DNA of 64,000 nt from an uncultured Clostridia bacterium (GCA_934162365.1 CAKPIK010000001.1:234877-298876), one strand, 5' to 3'; positions 38,929 through 49,269 are shown, counted from the stretch's first letter. Numbers and translations are program-made. Notes: generated by a model not told the origin, from the letters alone.

Positions 38929-40263
38929 ATGTCCAAAATCTTTGTACTACGCACATCTGCACTTCTGTCCTCGCGGGAGAGTACGCTAAGATTTGGTGAT
39001 GACAATATAATTGTTGTCCCATTAGCTGTAGTGGATGAACTGCGAAGCATGAACCATGAGTCAACAGAAAGAAGTCGGATTGCTAAAGCAATATTGGAAT
39101 ACCTTAATTCTTTTCCTACTTCTGAACTTATGAAAGAAAGCGGTGTTACTCAGAAAAATGGAAGTGTTTTGATGGTTACCCAAAATTTCAATGATATTAA
39201 AGTTGAGATTGAAGGTTTAACTGTTCCAGAGCGAAGAACACTGCAAACGTGTAAAGGGATGGAGAAAAAACATTTTGGAATGGAAGTTATTTTGGTAACT
39301 AACAATCTAAGTTTACAGCTTAAAGCCAAAACACTTGGAATCAAAGCTGAGAGCTTTAAAGATGAAACATTTCCAATGTTGTCAGAGCAATATACTGGCA
39401 GACAAAAGGTTGATGTTTCCGACAATGCAATTGATTTGTTCTATAAAGAAGGGTTTATAAATAAAGAATCTGTTTTTAACCATGAATCGGTAGATTTTGT
39501 TGAGAATAAGTTTTTTGTTTTAGATTCTGGGAATAAATCTGCACTCGGAATGTTTAAGAATGGAAAGATTGTTAAGCTAAATCACCAAGAAGAATTTCCG
39601 TATGGAGTGACTCCCAAGAATGTCGGACAAAGGTTCATGTTGGAAGCATTACAAGACGATTGCCCATTGGTTGTGATTAAAGGTAGTGCTGGTACAGGAA
39701 AAACATTTTGCGCATTGGCTGCGGGTCTTGAGGAAACCGAAAGAGGTGATAAGTATTCAAGAATACTTGTTACAAGGTCTGTTACAGCAACAGAACAATA
39801 TGGATTTTTGCCAGGAGATATTGAGGAAAAACTTTCACCATATCTTGCTGGCATAAAGGATAATCTATCTGTATTGATAAACGGTAACAGAAGAAAAGGC
39901 AAAAAGCCAAATGACCCCTATGAGGATGGATACTATTTCTTTGAAAGGGGAATAGTTCAAATTCAAGCGATTGGTTTTTTAAGGGGACGGTCTATTGTTG
40001 ATACGTATTTCATCATCGATGAAACACAGAACATTGAACCCGATACTATTAAATCAATTGTTACCAGAGCTGGTGAGGGTTCAAAATTTATCTTCTTAGG
40101 AGACCCAACTCAGATTGATAATCCAAACCTTACTGAAAGGTATAATGGGTTGGTTTATCTTTCTGAAAAAATGAAGGGAAATCCATTGTGTGCACAGATA
40201 TCTTTGGAGGATGATGAGTCTGTAAGAAGTAAACTTGCACGTGACGCAGCAAAAATTTTGTAA
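38929..40263 (+). CDS. PIN-domain plus PhoH-like ATPase (YlaK-type PhoH family protein)
   Basis: N-terminal PIN fold, then Walker A GSAGTGKT and a PhoH-like C-domain (FLGDPTQID). The GC content and codon usage (CTG, CGG, GCG, TCG) are visibly higher than in neighbouring genes. Strong RBS ataggaggaat. Confidence 0.8.
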   Translation: MSKIFVLRTSALLSSRESTLRFGDDNIIVVPLAVVDELRSMNHESTERSRIAKAILEYLNSFPTSELMKESGVTQKNGSVLMVTQNFNDIKVEIEGLTVPERRTLQTCKGMEKKHFGMEVILVTNNLSLQLKAKTLGIKAESFKDETFPMLSEQYTGRQKVDVSDNAIDLFYKEGFINKESVFNHESVDFVENKFFVLDSGNKSALGMFKNGKIVKLNHQEEFPYGVTPKNVGQRFMLEALQDDCPLVVIKGSAGTGKTFCALAAGLEETERGDKYSRILVTRSVTATEQYGFLPGDIEEKLSPYLAGIKDNLSVLINGNRRKGKKPNDPYEDGYYFFERGIVQIQAIGFLRGRSIVDTYFIIDETQNIEPDTIKSIVTRAGEGSKFIFLGDPTQIDNPNLTERYNGLVYLSEKMKGNPLCAQISLEDDESVRSKLARDAAKIL

Positions 40264-40267
40264 AAGC

Positions 40268-40300
40268 AGAAAGAGACACTTTTTTAAGTGTCTCTTTTGA
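40268..40300. terminator. Bidirectional terminator between the PhoH-like gene and glmS
   Basis: AAAGAGACACT TTTTTAA AGTGTCTCTTT. Confidence 0.6.
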
Positions 40301-40303
40301 CAA

Positions 40304-42124
40304 TTATTCAACTGTAACAGATTTTGCTAGATTTCTTGGCTTATCAACATCTAATCCTTTTTCTTTGGATATATGGTATGATAATAGTTGCATTGGTATT
40401 ACAGACAATATCGGACTTAGATATTTTGATATATATGGTAATTTTATAATATAATCAAAGTCTTTTTCTATTTTTAAGTTTGTAATTACAATACATTTTG
40501 CACCCCTAGATAATACTTCCTCAAGGTTACTAATTGTTTTTAAAGATAAATCTTGATCTGTTATTATTCCAATAACAGGAAAGTTATTATCTATTAATGC
40601 TATTGGCCCATGTTTTAGCTCACCAGCAGGATATGCTTCAGAATGTATATATGAAATTTCTTTTAACTTTAAAGAACCTTCCATAGCAACAGGATAATCA
40701 ATTCCTCTTCCTAAGAAAAATACATCAGTTGATGAATGTATGTCTTTTGCAATTCTTTTTATTAATTCATTAGAATTTTTTAAAATTTCATCTATTTTAT
40801 CTGGAATTTCAATAAGCTCAGTCTTTAACTCAGCAATTAATTTTGGGCTAGCTGTTTCTAATATCTCTGCACAATATAAAGCAATTATATTTAATAATGT
40901 GACTTGAGCAGTATATGCTTTTGTAGAAGCAACAGCAATTTCAGGACCAGCATGAGTATAAATGTACATATCTGCTTCTCTTGTTATAGAGCTACCTATA
41001 ACGTTTGAAAGTGCAAGAGTTGTTGCCTTATGTTCTTTTGCCATTTTTAAAGCGGCAATAGTATCAGCAGTTTCACCAGATTGACTAATAAAGATTGCTA
41101 ATGTATGTTCGTCTATTATAGGTTTTCTATATCTAAATTCAGAAGCAACATCTACTTCAACAGGTATTCTACATAAGGTTTCAAAATTGTTTTTAACAGC
41201 TAACCCTGCATGCATTGCAGTACCACATGCAACTATGAAAATTTTATTTATATTATTTAAGAAATCTTTAGAAAAATTTAAATTGTCTAATTCGATTTTT
41301 GAATTATTCAACTTAAAACCTATTGTTTCTCTAATAGAATTAGGTTGTTCATATATTTCTTTAAGCATAAAATCATCAAAGCCATTTTTCTCAATAGAAG
41401 AAGCGCTATACTCAAATGTTTGAAATTCTTTTTTTATTGGATTAAGATTTAAATCATAAAAATTTAATTTATCTAAATAAACTTCAGCAATTTCATTATC
41501 TTCTATAATATAGAAATCTTTGGTATAACTTAAAATTGCAGGTATATCAGATGCAATATAATTACCATTTGGAGAAGTTCCAATAACTAGTGGACTATTC
41601 TTTTTTGCAACAATTATTTTATCTGGATAATCTTTACACAATACTTCTATTGCAAAACTACCAATAAAATCTTTACAAGCTAAACTAACTGAAGTTAGTA
41701 AATCATTTGATTGATAATAATAGTTAATTAAGTTTGGAATAACTTCTGTATCTGTTTCAGATAAAAATTTATATCCATTATCCATTAAAAATTTTTTTAA
41801 GTCCTCATAATTTTCTATAATTCCATTATGAACTACACTGAAAGTTTTTGAATTATCTTCATGTGGATGTGAATTAATTTTACATGGTTTACCATGAGTT
41901 GCCCATCTTGTATGAGCAATACCAATTTTTGATTCAAAATTATTATTTTCTAGTAATTTTTCTAAATTATTAACTCTACCTTTATCTTTTGTAATTACTA
42001 AATTATCTTTTTCTAATATAGAGATTCCAGCAGAATCATAACCTCTATATTCTAGTTTTTTTAAGCCATCAATTAATATAGGGATAGCTTTCCTATCACC
42101 TATATATCCGACTATTCCGCACAT
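40304..42124 (-). CDS. glmS: Glutamine--fructose-6-phosphate aminotransferase (GlcN6P synthase)
   Basis: The N-terminal nucleophile is MCGIVGYIG and two SIS domains follow. The start is chosen at MCGIVG (42124). The ORF extends 5 codons upstream. Confidence 0.9.
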   Translation of the reverse strand: MCGIVGYIGDRKAIPILIDGLKKLEYRGYDSAGISILEKDNLVITKDKGRVNNLEKLLENNNFESKIGIAHTRWATHGKPCKINSHPHEDNSKTFSVVHNGIIENYEDLKKFLMDNGYKFLSETDTEVIPNLINYYYQSNDLLTSVSLACKDFIGSFAIEVLCKDYPDKIIVAKKNSPLVIGTSPNGNYIASDIPAILSYTKDFYIIEDNEIAEVYLDKLNFYDLNLNPIKKEFQTFEYSASSIEKNGFDDFMLKEIYEQPNSIRETIGFKLNNSKIELDNLNFSKDFLNNINKIFIVACGTAMHAGLAVKNNFETLCRIPVEVDVASEFRYRKPIIDEHTLAIFISQSGETADTIAALKMAKEHKATTLALSNVIGSSITREADMYIYTHAGPEIAVASTKAYTAQVTLLNIIALYCAEILETASPKLIAELKTELIEIPDKIDEILKNSNELIKRIAKDIHSSTDVFFLGRGIDYPVAMEGSLKLKEISYIHSEAYPAGELKHGPIALIDNNFPVIGIITDQDLSLKTISNLEEVLSRGAKCIVITNLKIEKDFDYIIKLPYISKYLSPILSVIPMQLLSYHISKEKGLDVDKPRNLAKSVTVE

Positions 42125-42149
42125 TATAAATACCTCCATTTAATATAAA

Positions 42150-42306
42150 TTAAAGGCATAAACTTACATGAATAATTCTTTGTTTTAATATTACTATTAG
42201 TTTTTGTAACCATTCTATTGACAGTAAGTGTGCCATAGGTTCATCCGCCGAATCTTTCGATAAAACCTACCCTCGTTAGGTAAATAAAATTTTACCCCTG
42301 GCGCTT
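42150..42306 (-). ncRNA. glmS ribozyme (GlcN6P-responsive self-cleaving riboswitch) in the glmS 5' leader
   Basis: The reverse complement reads AGCGCCAGGGG...ACGAGGGTAGGTTTTATCGAAAGATTCGGCGGATGAACCTATGGC. This matches the conserved glmS ribozyme core (AGCGCCAG..., ACGAGG..AGGUUAUCGAAUUUUCGGCGGAUG). Confidence 0.75.
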
Positions 42307-42459
42307 GAGAAAATCTCCTTTCTAATATATTTGCCTTTATATTTAATATATTACAATAAGAAGAGAAAAGTTTCAATATATAAATTTAATTTTTATAATT
42401 AAACAAATTATAATTTGTTTAATTAATAAAAATGTGCTAGAATAAATTTGGTGATAAAG

Positions 42460-44244
42460 ATGTTTAATATAGAAGCGGAACTTAAGAAACTTCCTTCAAA
42501 ACCAGGTGTTTATATAATGCATGATAAAGATGACAACATTATTTATGTTGGGAAGGCAGTTTCTTTAAAAAATAGAGTAAGACAATATTTTAGAAAAAAT
42601 AATAAAACTACTAGAATTGAGAAAATGGTTAGTTTAATTGATCATTTTGAGTATATTGTTGTAGATAATGAAGCAGAAGCATTGATTTTAGAGTGTAACT
42701 TAATTAAGAAAAACAAACCTAAATTTAATGTTTTATTAAAAGATGATAAAACATATCCATACATAAAAATAACATTAAATGAGGAATATCCAACGATTTA
42801 TACTACTAGAAGAATATTAAATGATGGTGCAAAATATTTTGGGCCATATGCAAATCCAGGTAGTGCCAAAGAAATGGTGAATTTTATTAAACAAAAATTC
42901 AAAATAAGGCAATGTAAAAGTTTTAAATCAAATAAGAGAGTTTGCTTAAATTATCATATTGGTAGATGTTTAGGGCCATGTGCTAATATGGTATCAAAAG
43001 AAGAGTATAAAAAACAAATTGATGAAATAATTGAATTACTAGATGGAAAGTCTATTAAACTTATAAAAAAATTGAAAGAGGAAATAGCAGAAGCAGCAAA
43101 TAAACAAGAATATGAAAAAGCAGCCTATTTAAGAGATAAGGTTATAGCGATAGAAAATATATCTCAAAAACAAAAAGTGTCAAATATTAATGAAAATGCA
43201 ATAGATGTAGTTGGCATTGCAAGAAATGATTTAACTGCATGTATAGAAATATTTTTTGTAAGACAAAGCAAAATGATTGGAAGAGAAAATTATTTCTTTA
43301 ATGATTTAAATGAATTAAAAGATGAGGAGTTATTGTCTCAGTTTGTTAAACAGTATTATTTAAATAATGAAAATTTACCTAGCAAAATAATGATAAGCAA
43401 AGAAATAGAAGATAAAGAATTAATAGAAAAAATTTTATCCGATAAAGCAAACAGAAAAGTTGAAATTAAACATCCACAAAAAGGAGAAAAACTTAAGTTT
43501 GTAGAGATGGCAGAAAATAATGCTAAAGTTACATTAGAAAATAAAGTTAATGACAAATTTAATATTCTAAATGAACTAAAAGAAATATTAAATTTAGAAA
43601 AGCTTCCGAGAAAAATTGAATGTTATGATATTTCTAACTTATCTGGAACTAACATAGTTGCTGGTATGTGTGTTTTAAAAGATGGTGTTATAGATAAAAA
43701 GCTATCAAGAAGATTTAAAATAAAAACACTATTTGATCAAGATGATCCTGCTTGTATGAGAGAGGTAATAACAAGGAGATTAAAACATTCAATAGATAGC
43801 TCTAATAGTGGTTTTGGAAAATTGCCAGATGTAATATTTGTAGATGGTGGAATAACTCAAATACGTGCAGCAAAAGAAGCTACTAATGAATTAAATTTAG
43901 ATATTCCAATTTATGGCATGGTAAAAAATGATAAACATAGGACTAGAGCACTAATTAATGACAAAAAGCAAGAGATAGAGTTAACAGAAGAGTTAATGAA
44001 TTTAATTACTAGATTTCAAGATACAGTACATGATACAGCTATTGAATATCATAGAAAGTTAAGAGATAAAGAAATAATAAAATCTAAGTTAGACGAAATT
44101 GAAGGAATTGGAGAAGTAAAGAAAAAGGAACTTTTGAAAAAATTTGGTAGTGTAGATAAAATAAAAAATTCAACAATGGAAGAATTAATGCAAACAAAAG
44201 GAATAACAAAAGGTTTAGCAGAAAAATTAAAAAACGAATTATAA
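42460..44244 (+). CDS. uvrC: Excinuclease ABC subunit C
   Basis: GIY-YIG N-domain (KPGVYIMHDKDDNIIYVGKA), a UvrBC-interaction region and a C-terminal RNaseH-like plus HhH domain. ATG at 42460. Confidence 0.9.
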   Translation: MFNIEAELKKLPSKPGVYIMHDKDDNIIYVGKAVSLKNRVRQYFRKNNKTTRIEKMVSLIDHFEYIVVDNEAEALILECNLIKKNKPKFNVLLKDDKTYPYIKITLNEEYPTIYTTRRILNDGAKYFGPYANPGSAKEMVNFIKQKFKIRQCKSFKSNKRVCLNYHIGRCLGPCANMVSKEEYKKQIDEIIELLDGKSIKLIKKLKEEIAEAANKQEYEKAAYLRDKVIAIENISQKQKVSNINENAIDVVGIARNDLTACIEIFFVRQSKMIGRENYFFNDLNELKDEELLSQFVKQYYLNNENLPSKIMISKEIEDKELIEKILSDKANRKVEIKHPQKGEKLKFVEMAENNAKVTLENKVNDKFNILNELKEILNLEKLPRKIECYDISNLSGTNIVAGMCVLKDGVIDKKLSRRFKIKTLFDQDDPACMREVITRRLKHSIDSSNSGFGKLPDVIFVDGGITQIRAAKEATNELNLDIPIYGMVKNDKHRTRALINDKKQEIELTEELMNLITRFQDTVHDTAIEYHRKLRDKEIIKSKLDEIEGIGEVKKKELLKKFGSVDKIKNSTMEELMQTKGITKGLAEKLKNEL

Positions 44245-44386
44245 TGTAAAATGTCAAAGGAAAAGAATTGCCGCAAAGTGCTTGTAATATAAGCAAGAAA
44301 ATGTAAAAAATGGACATACGATTATTGTAATAAAAAAACTTCTAAGGAATATAATTTTAAAAGAGATATTCTTTAGGAGGTTTTTA

Positions 44387-44569
44387 ATGGAAAATATTAG
44401 ATATATACCACAAGGACAAGCAAGAGGAATAAGTTATAAAACATCAAAAAAAATAGAATTTATTAAAAGAAATAAATTAACATTATTAATAGGAAGTATA
44501 AGTTTAGTACTTTTAACAACATATATTGTGTTAATTAATAGTTTTATAAATTTATTAATAACATTATAA
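44387..44569 (+). CDS. Hypothetical 60-aa membrane protein
   Basis: RBS taggaggtttttaatg, one TM helix. Weak support. Confidence 0.3.
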   Translation: MENIRYIPQGQARGISYKTSKKIEFIKRNKLTLLIGSISLVLLTTYIVLINSFINLLITL

Positions 44570-44683
44570 ATTTTATTCTTATTTATTCCTAAAAGATAGA
44601 AAAATAATTTAAAATATGTTAAAATATAGGGTATATGAAAAGAAGGGAGTGCAATACCTTTATTTTGGTGTGCAAAAATATTA

Positions 44684-45547
44684 ATGAATTTAGCAAATAA
44701 TTGGAAAGATTATGAAATTTTAGATATGGCAAATGGTGAAAAACTTGAAAGATGGGGAGATATTGTTTTAATAAGACCGGACCCACAAATAATTTGGAAA
44801 GAGAAAACTTTTCCAGAAAAATGGAAAAGAGCTAATGCAAAATATAACAGAAGCAAAACTGGTGGAGGTAGTTGGGAAAATACTAGCAAGCTACCTAAAG
44901 CATGGCAAATTAATTATAAAAATCTAACGTTTAATATAAAACCAATGGGATTTAAACATACTGGACTTTTTCCAGAACAAGCTGTTAATTGGGATTGGAT
45001 GATTAATAAAATAAAAAATGAAAAAAGAGAGATAAAAGTATTAAATTTATTTGCATATACAGGTGGAGCAACAGTTGCTTGTTTATCTGCTGGTGCTAGT
45101 GTATGCCATGTTGATAGCTCTAAGGGAATGACTGCTTGGGCAAAAGAAAATGTAATTTCTTCTGGTTTAGAGAAAGCTAAAGTTAGATATATTGTTGATG
45201 ATGTTGTTAAATTTGTAAGTAGAGAAATAAGAAGAGGAAATAAATATGACGCTATAATTATGGATCCACCATCATATGGAAGAGGTGCAAATGGAGAAGT
45301 ATGGAAGTTTGAAGAAAATATATATGATTTAATAAAATTATGCATGAATGTTTTATCAGATAATCCATTATTCTTTTTAATTAATTCATATACAACAGGT
45401 ATTTCTTCCACAGTGTTAGAAAATGTATTAAAAATGAATATGAGTGAAAAATACAAAGGAAAATTTTCTGCAGGTGAAATAGGACTTCCAATGACTAATT
45501 CAAATTTAACATTACCATGTGGAATCTTTGCAAAATGGGAGAAATAA
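44684..45547 (+). CDS. Class I SAM-dependent RNA methyltransferase (stand-alone RlmI/YccW-like catalytic domain)
   Basis: SAM-binding LNLFAYTGGATVA and the catalytic motif DPPSYGRG (DPP[FY]-type). Confidence 0.65.
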   Translation: MNLANNWKDYEILDMANGEKLERWGDIVLIRPDPQIIWKEKTFPEKWKRANAKYNRSKTGGGSWENTSKLPKAWQINYKNLTFNIKPMGFKHTGLFPEQAVNWDWMINKIKNEKREIKVLNLFAYTGGATVACLSAGASVCHVDSSKGMTAWAKENVISSGLEKAKVRYIVDDVVKFVSREIRRGNKYDAIIMDPPSYGRGANGEVWKFEENIYDLIKLCMNVLSDNPLFFLINSYTTGISSTVLENVLKMNMSEKYKGKFSAGEIGLPMTNSNLTLPCGIFAKWEK

Positions 45548-45548
45548 A

Positions 45549-46235
45549 ATGAAGCTTAAAGTAATATATGAAGATAATCATATAATTGTTGTAGAAAAAC
45601 CACCTAATATTCCGTCTCAGGGAGATAAAACAGAAGATGTAGATATGCTAACTTTAATAAAGGAATACTTAAAAGAAAAGTATAACAAACCTGGCAATGT
45701 GTATTTAGGCTTAGTGCATAGATTAGATAGACCGGTTGGTGGAATTATGGTGTTTGCAAAAACCTCTAAAGCTGCTTCAAGACTTAGTAATCAAGTAAGA
45801 GAAAAGGTTTTTAAAAAAGAGTATTTGGCAATAGTTGATGGAAAGCCTGAGAAAGATAAGGATACTTTAGAAAATTATTTATTAAAAAATGAAAGAACGA
45901 ATACAAGTAGAATTGTTAAAGAAAATACACCAGGTTCAAAATATGCTAAGTTAGACTATGAAGTCCTAAAATATAATGAAGAAATAAATTTATCTTTGTT
46001 AAAAATTTTATTACATACAGGAAGACACCATCAAATTAGAGTTCAGTTAGCAGGAATGGGACATAGTATATGTGGTGACCAGAAATATGGAACTCGTGGA
46101 CGAGGAAAGCAAATTTCACTATGGGCATATAAGCTTACAATAGAACATCCAATAACAAAAGAAAGCATGACTTTTACAGATGTTCCAGAACCAATTGGAC
46201 CATGGGTAATGATAAAAAATTTTAATATTATGTAA
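45549..46235 (+). CDS. RluA-family pseudouridine synthase
   Basis: Catalytic motif HRLDRPVGGIMVFAKT. RBS gggagaaataaaatg. The ORF track start at 45519 lacks an RBS. Confidence 0.8.
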   Translation: MKLKVIYEDNHIIVVEKPPNIPSQGDKTEDVDMLTLIKEYLKEKYNKPGNVYLGLVHRLDRPVGGIMVFAKTSKAASRLSNQVREKVFKKEYLAIVDGKPEKDKDTLENYLLKNERTNTSRIVKENTPGSKYAKLDYEVLKYNEEINLSLLKILLHTGRHHQIRVQLAGMGHSICGDQKYGTRGRGKQISLWAYKLTIEHPITKESMTFTDVPEPIGPWVMIKNFNIM

Positions 46236-46242
46236 ATTTTAT

Positions 46243-46288
46243 AAAAGGTTATAAATTGTTTGTAAAAATAATTTATAACCTTTTTATA
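46243..46288 (+). terminator. Rho-independent terminator after the rluA-family gene
   Basis: AAAAGGTTATAAATT ... AATTTATAACCTTTTT. Confidence 0.55.
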
Positions 46289-46378
46289 TATTAAAAAATA
46301 TCTTTTGTATTCAAGATAAATTATAGAGAAAAAAATAATATAGAATAGTCTCATAAGAAAACAAAAGAGGAGACAATT

Positions 46379-47002
46379 ATGGTAGATAAAATCTGTGATT
46401 ATTTAACAAATAAAATAAAACAGAGAATGCCAGAAGTAGATAATGATAGAGCAGAAGTAATAAATTATGGTATACATTTAATAGTTGGAGAAGTTCCAAA
46501 AACTTTTGTGTTTATTATTGTTGCCATTATATTAGGAGTTTTAAAAGAGTTTTTCTTATGCGTGTTAGTTATTTTTCCTTATAGGGCATTTTCTGGTGGA
46601 TTTCACTTAAAAACACATCTAGGATGTATTATGGGGACGAGCATATTTTACTGTGGAATACCATATGTTTGTAAAATGTTTACATTGGATATACAAACCA
46701 AAATTATTTGTATTGTTTTAACTTGGATTTTTGGGATGATAATGTGTAAATTATATGCGCCGGCAGATACGGAAAATGTACCAATATTAAGAAAAAAAGA
46801 CAGAAGAACAAAACAAATATTATCATATATAGTGCTTAGTATAACCTTAATTATAGGTATATTTATAAATAGTAATGTAGTATCAAATATAATAATATTA
46901 GGAGTATTAGTACAAAGTTTAATGATAACTAAAATTGCATATAAAATAGCTAATTGTAAATATGGGTATGAAGTATATGCAAATGAAAATAACTTAAGTT
47001 AA
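46379..47002 (+). CDS. agrB: Accessory gene regulator B (AgrD-processing membrane peptidase)
   Basis: 207 aa polytopic protein with the AgrB signature R-x3-GG-x-H-x5-C (FPYRAFSGGFHLKTHLGC). RBS aaagaggagacaattatg. Confidence 0.8.
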   Translation: MVDKICDYLTNKIKQRMPEVDNDRAEVINYGIHLIVGEVPKTFVFIIVAIILGVLKEFFLCVLVIFPYRAFSGGFHLKTHLGCIMGTSIFYCGIPYVCKMFTLDIQTKIICIVLTWIFGMIMCKLYAPADTENVPILRKKDRRTKQILSYIVLSITLIIGIFINSNVVSNIIILGVLVQSLMITKIAYKIANCKYGYEVYANENNLS

Positions 47003-47058
47003 TACAATTGTAACCGGTACAATTTATTATATAAAATTAACAAAGGAGGAATTTTGTT

Positions 47059-47178
47059 ATGTTAAAATTATTAGCAAAAGTAGCAGAAAAATATGCTAAA
47101 TCTACAAATACAGCTTGCATGATTTTTGGATGGTTTCATCAACCTAAAATGCCAGCTTCTTTAATAAAAAAAGATTAG
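47059..47178 (+). CDS. agrD: Autoinducing-peptide precursor AgrD (39 aa)
   Basis: Not in the ORF track because it is under 60 aa. RBS aaaggagg. The protein is MLKLLAKVAEKYAKSTNTACMIFGWFHQPKMPASLIKKD. It has an amphipathic leader, a single Cys available for a thiolactone, and a charged C-terminal tail. Confidence 0.65.
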   Translation: MLKLLAKVAEKYAKSTNTACMIFGWFHQPKMPASLIKKD

Positions 47179-47187
47179 TAAATAAAT

Positions 47188-47222
47188 AAAGGATAGAAAT
47201 AATGTTAATTTCTATCCTTTGG
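47188..47222. terminator. Bidirectional terminator between agrD and the convergent kinase gene
   Basis: AAAGGATAGAAAT AATGTTA ATTTCTATCCTTT. Confidence 0.55.
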
Positions 47223-47225
47223 TTA

Positions 47226-48575
47226 TTAATTATTATACATTTCAAGTTGTTGCTTAAAGAAACGTTCATTTTTAGTAGTAAAAAGATTTAAGTTATTATT
47301 TCTTTTTAATATTTTTCTAACTTCCCATAAGCCAAGTCCACTATTTCCAGATTTTGTAGAATAATTTTTTTCATATATTTTTTCTGTATCGATATCTTTA
47401 TTTGGAAAAGTGTTCTCAATTATTAGTAATTGTCTATTACGCTTAGAATCTTTTCTCATTTCAATATTTATTATTTTTTCTTCACACTCTTTTGCAGCTT
47501 CTATTGCATTATCTAGTAATATTCCTAAAACTCTTGTAAATTCATAAATTTTCATATTAAGTTTATTTAAATCTATAAAAATATTTATGTTCATTTCAAT
47601 TCCTAGTTCTAAAGCTTTATTATATTTTGAAGCTATTAAAACAAAAATTGCTGGATTATTTATTGTTTCTGTATTTAAAGCACCTAGATTATTTACTTTG
47701 TTTATATCTTTTTGAATTTGAGAATAATAATTACTTAATCCATTCATATCTTTAACTTGTACATATCCACCAATTGTACACATTATATTTGTAAAATCAT
47801 GTCTAAAGCCATGCAAATCATCTTGTAAATCTTTTAATATTTTATTACTTTCTTTTTCTTGTTCAAGATTTAAAGATGCAAGCTCTAATTGAGTGGTTTT
47901 TGTAAGGCTATATAAGCTAAGTACAAAATATAAAATTAAGCTTAAATTACTAAACACTACAATATATAGTGGCAATTTATTTAAGTAAAATCCAGTAATA
48001 AAAAATTGGATTGATAGAGCAAATATTGCAAAAACTAGATTTACAACTGTTAATATTTTAGTTTTCTTAGAAATATTTTCAAATATTGAAATTTGTATTT
48101 TAAAGTATTTAATAAACAAATAAATAATAAAAGCTAATAATTGAATACTTAATGCTATTATTAATCTATAAAGAGGAATAATTCTTAATGATGCAACATC
48201 GATATTTAGTAACATAAAAGAAACTTTTGCAATAATAGATTCACATAGAACTGTTACTAATATAGGAGAAAGGGCAGCAAGTATTGTTTTTATAGTATTT
48301 GTTTTAAATATTACTTTAATAAATATTAACATTATAGCTAAATTTATAAAAGATCTAAATGGATTAGGAATAAATAAATTTACTAAATTAAATAAAGTAG
48401 CTGTAATAAAAATATATAGTAATTTACTTTTCTTACTTGATGTTATTCCTAATAAAGTTGAAAATATAAGGACGCTTATAAAATTTTCTAAATATGTTTC
48501 TGGCAATAGCAATAATGTAGATAACAATTCATTTTCTGTTGTTATAGCTGTCCAAATTGTTTGTAAAATTTTCAT
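47226..48575 (-). CDS. AgrC-like membrane histidine kinase (HPK10, 6-7 TM sensor)
   Basis: Polytopic N-domain, H-box LHGFRHDFTNIM, and a C-terminal GHKL ATPase with GNSGLGLW. It overlaps the regulator gene by 47 nt if 48575 is the true start. Confidence 0.75.
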   Translation of the reverse strand: MKILQTIWTAITTENELLSTLLLLPETYLENFISVLIFSTLLGITSSKKSKLLYIFITATLFNLVNLFIPNPFRSFINLAIMLIFIKVIFKTNTIKTILAALSPILVTVLCESIIAKVSFMLLNIDVASLRIIPLYRLIIALSIQLLAFIIYLFIKYFKIQISIFENISKKTKILTVVNLVFAIFALSIQFFITGFYLNKLPLYIVVFSNLSLILYFVLSLYSLTKTTQLELASLNLEQEKESNKILKDLQDDLHGFRHDFTNIMCTIGGYVQVKDMNGLSNYYSQIQKDINKVNNLGALNTETINNPAIFVLIASKYNKALELGIEMNINIFIDLNKLNMKIYEFTRVLGILLDNAIEAAKECEEKIINIEMRKDSKRNRQLLIIENTFPNKDIDTEKIYEKNYSTKSGNSGLGLWEVRKILKRNNNLNLFTTKNERFFKQQLEMYNN

Positions 48576-49269
48576 AATTAAAAACCCCCATTATATTATC
48601 TTTATATTTTTTGCCAATATCGCATGTTTGGCTATTAGTAAAGATAATTGAATTATTTTTTTTATTAATATTTAATATTTGCTGCGTATTTGCTATGTAT
48701 GACTTATGACAACGGACGAAATTACTGGGCAATGTATTTTGAATTTTTTCTAAAGAATTGTATGCTTCAAATTCTCCTGAATTAGTACAAAACACAAGCT
48801 TCATTCCGTCCTTTTTAATAAAATAGATTTCTTTTTGATTAATAATAGTTTTGTTATTAATTTTAATAAAAGAATTAGAGGGATTATTGCTTAAATCTTC
48901 TAATAATCTATTTAAAGTTATCTCTAATCTTTCTAAAGTTACGGGTTTTGGAAGATAATCAAATGTTTTTACAGAATAAGCAACAAGTGAATATTCTAAG
49001 TGACCAGTAGAAAAGATTATATAAATTTTTTTATTTCTTTTTCTAATCTTTTTTGCTAAATCTATTCCAGAAATATTAGAATTTAAATTTATGTCTAATA
49101 TTAATACATCAACAATATTATTTTCTTCGTATTCTAAAACTTTGCTTGGATTATCTGTTACAAATTTTATTTCTGCTTCAATATCATGTTTAACAAATAA
49201 GATTTCAAACATTTCTTTTAATTTTTGAGCGATGTTTAAATTATCATCGCAAATAACAAATTTTATCAT
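48529..49269 (-). CDS. LytTR-family response regulator (AgrA-like)
   Basis: Receiver domain (MIKFVICDDN...DVLILDINL) and a C-terminal LytTR DNA-binding domain. Start at MIKF, which has RBS gggggaa. The ORF track begins 8 codons earlier. Confidence 0.8.
   Translation of the reverse strand: MIKFVICDDNLNIAQKLKEMFEILFVKHDIEAEIKFVTDNPSKVLEYEENNIVDVLILDINLNSNISGIDLAKKIRKRNKKIYIIFSTGHLEYSLVAYSVKTFDYLPKPVTLERLEITLNRLLEDLSNNPSNSFIKINNKTIINQKEIYFIKKDGMKLVFCTNSGEFEAYNSLEKIQNTLPSNFVRCHKSYIANTQQILNINKKNNSIIFTNSQTCDIGKKYKDNIMGVFNYENFTNNLDSYNNRK

Noticed and set aside
44914-45456. 180-aa minus-strand ORF inside the methyltransferase gene
   Set aside because: Antisense to a CDS with SAM-binding and DPPS/Y motifs; no independent support.
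47003-47058. Short palindromes TACAATTGTA and ACCGGT between agrB and agrD
   Set aside because: Each is short enough to occur by chance in AT-rich DNA. There is no T-run and no repeat of the motif elsewhere in the locus.
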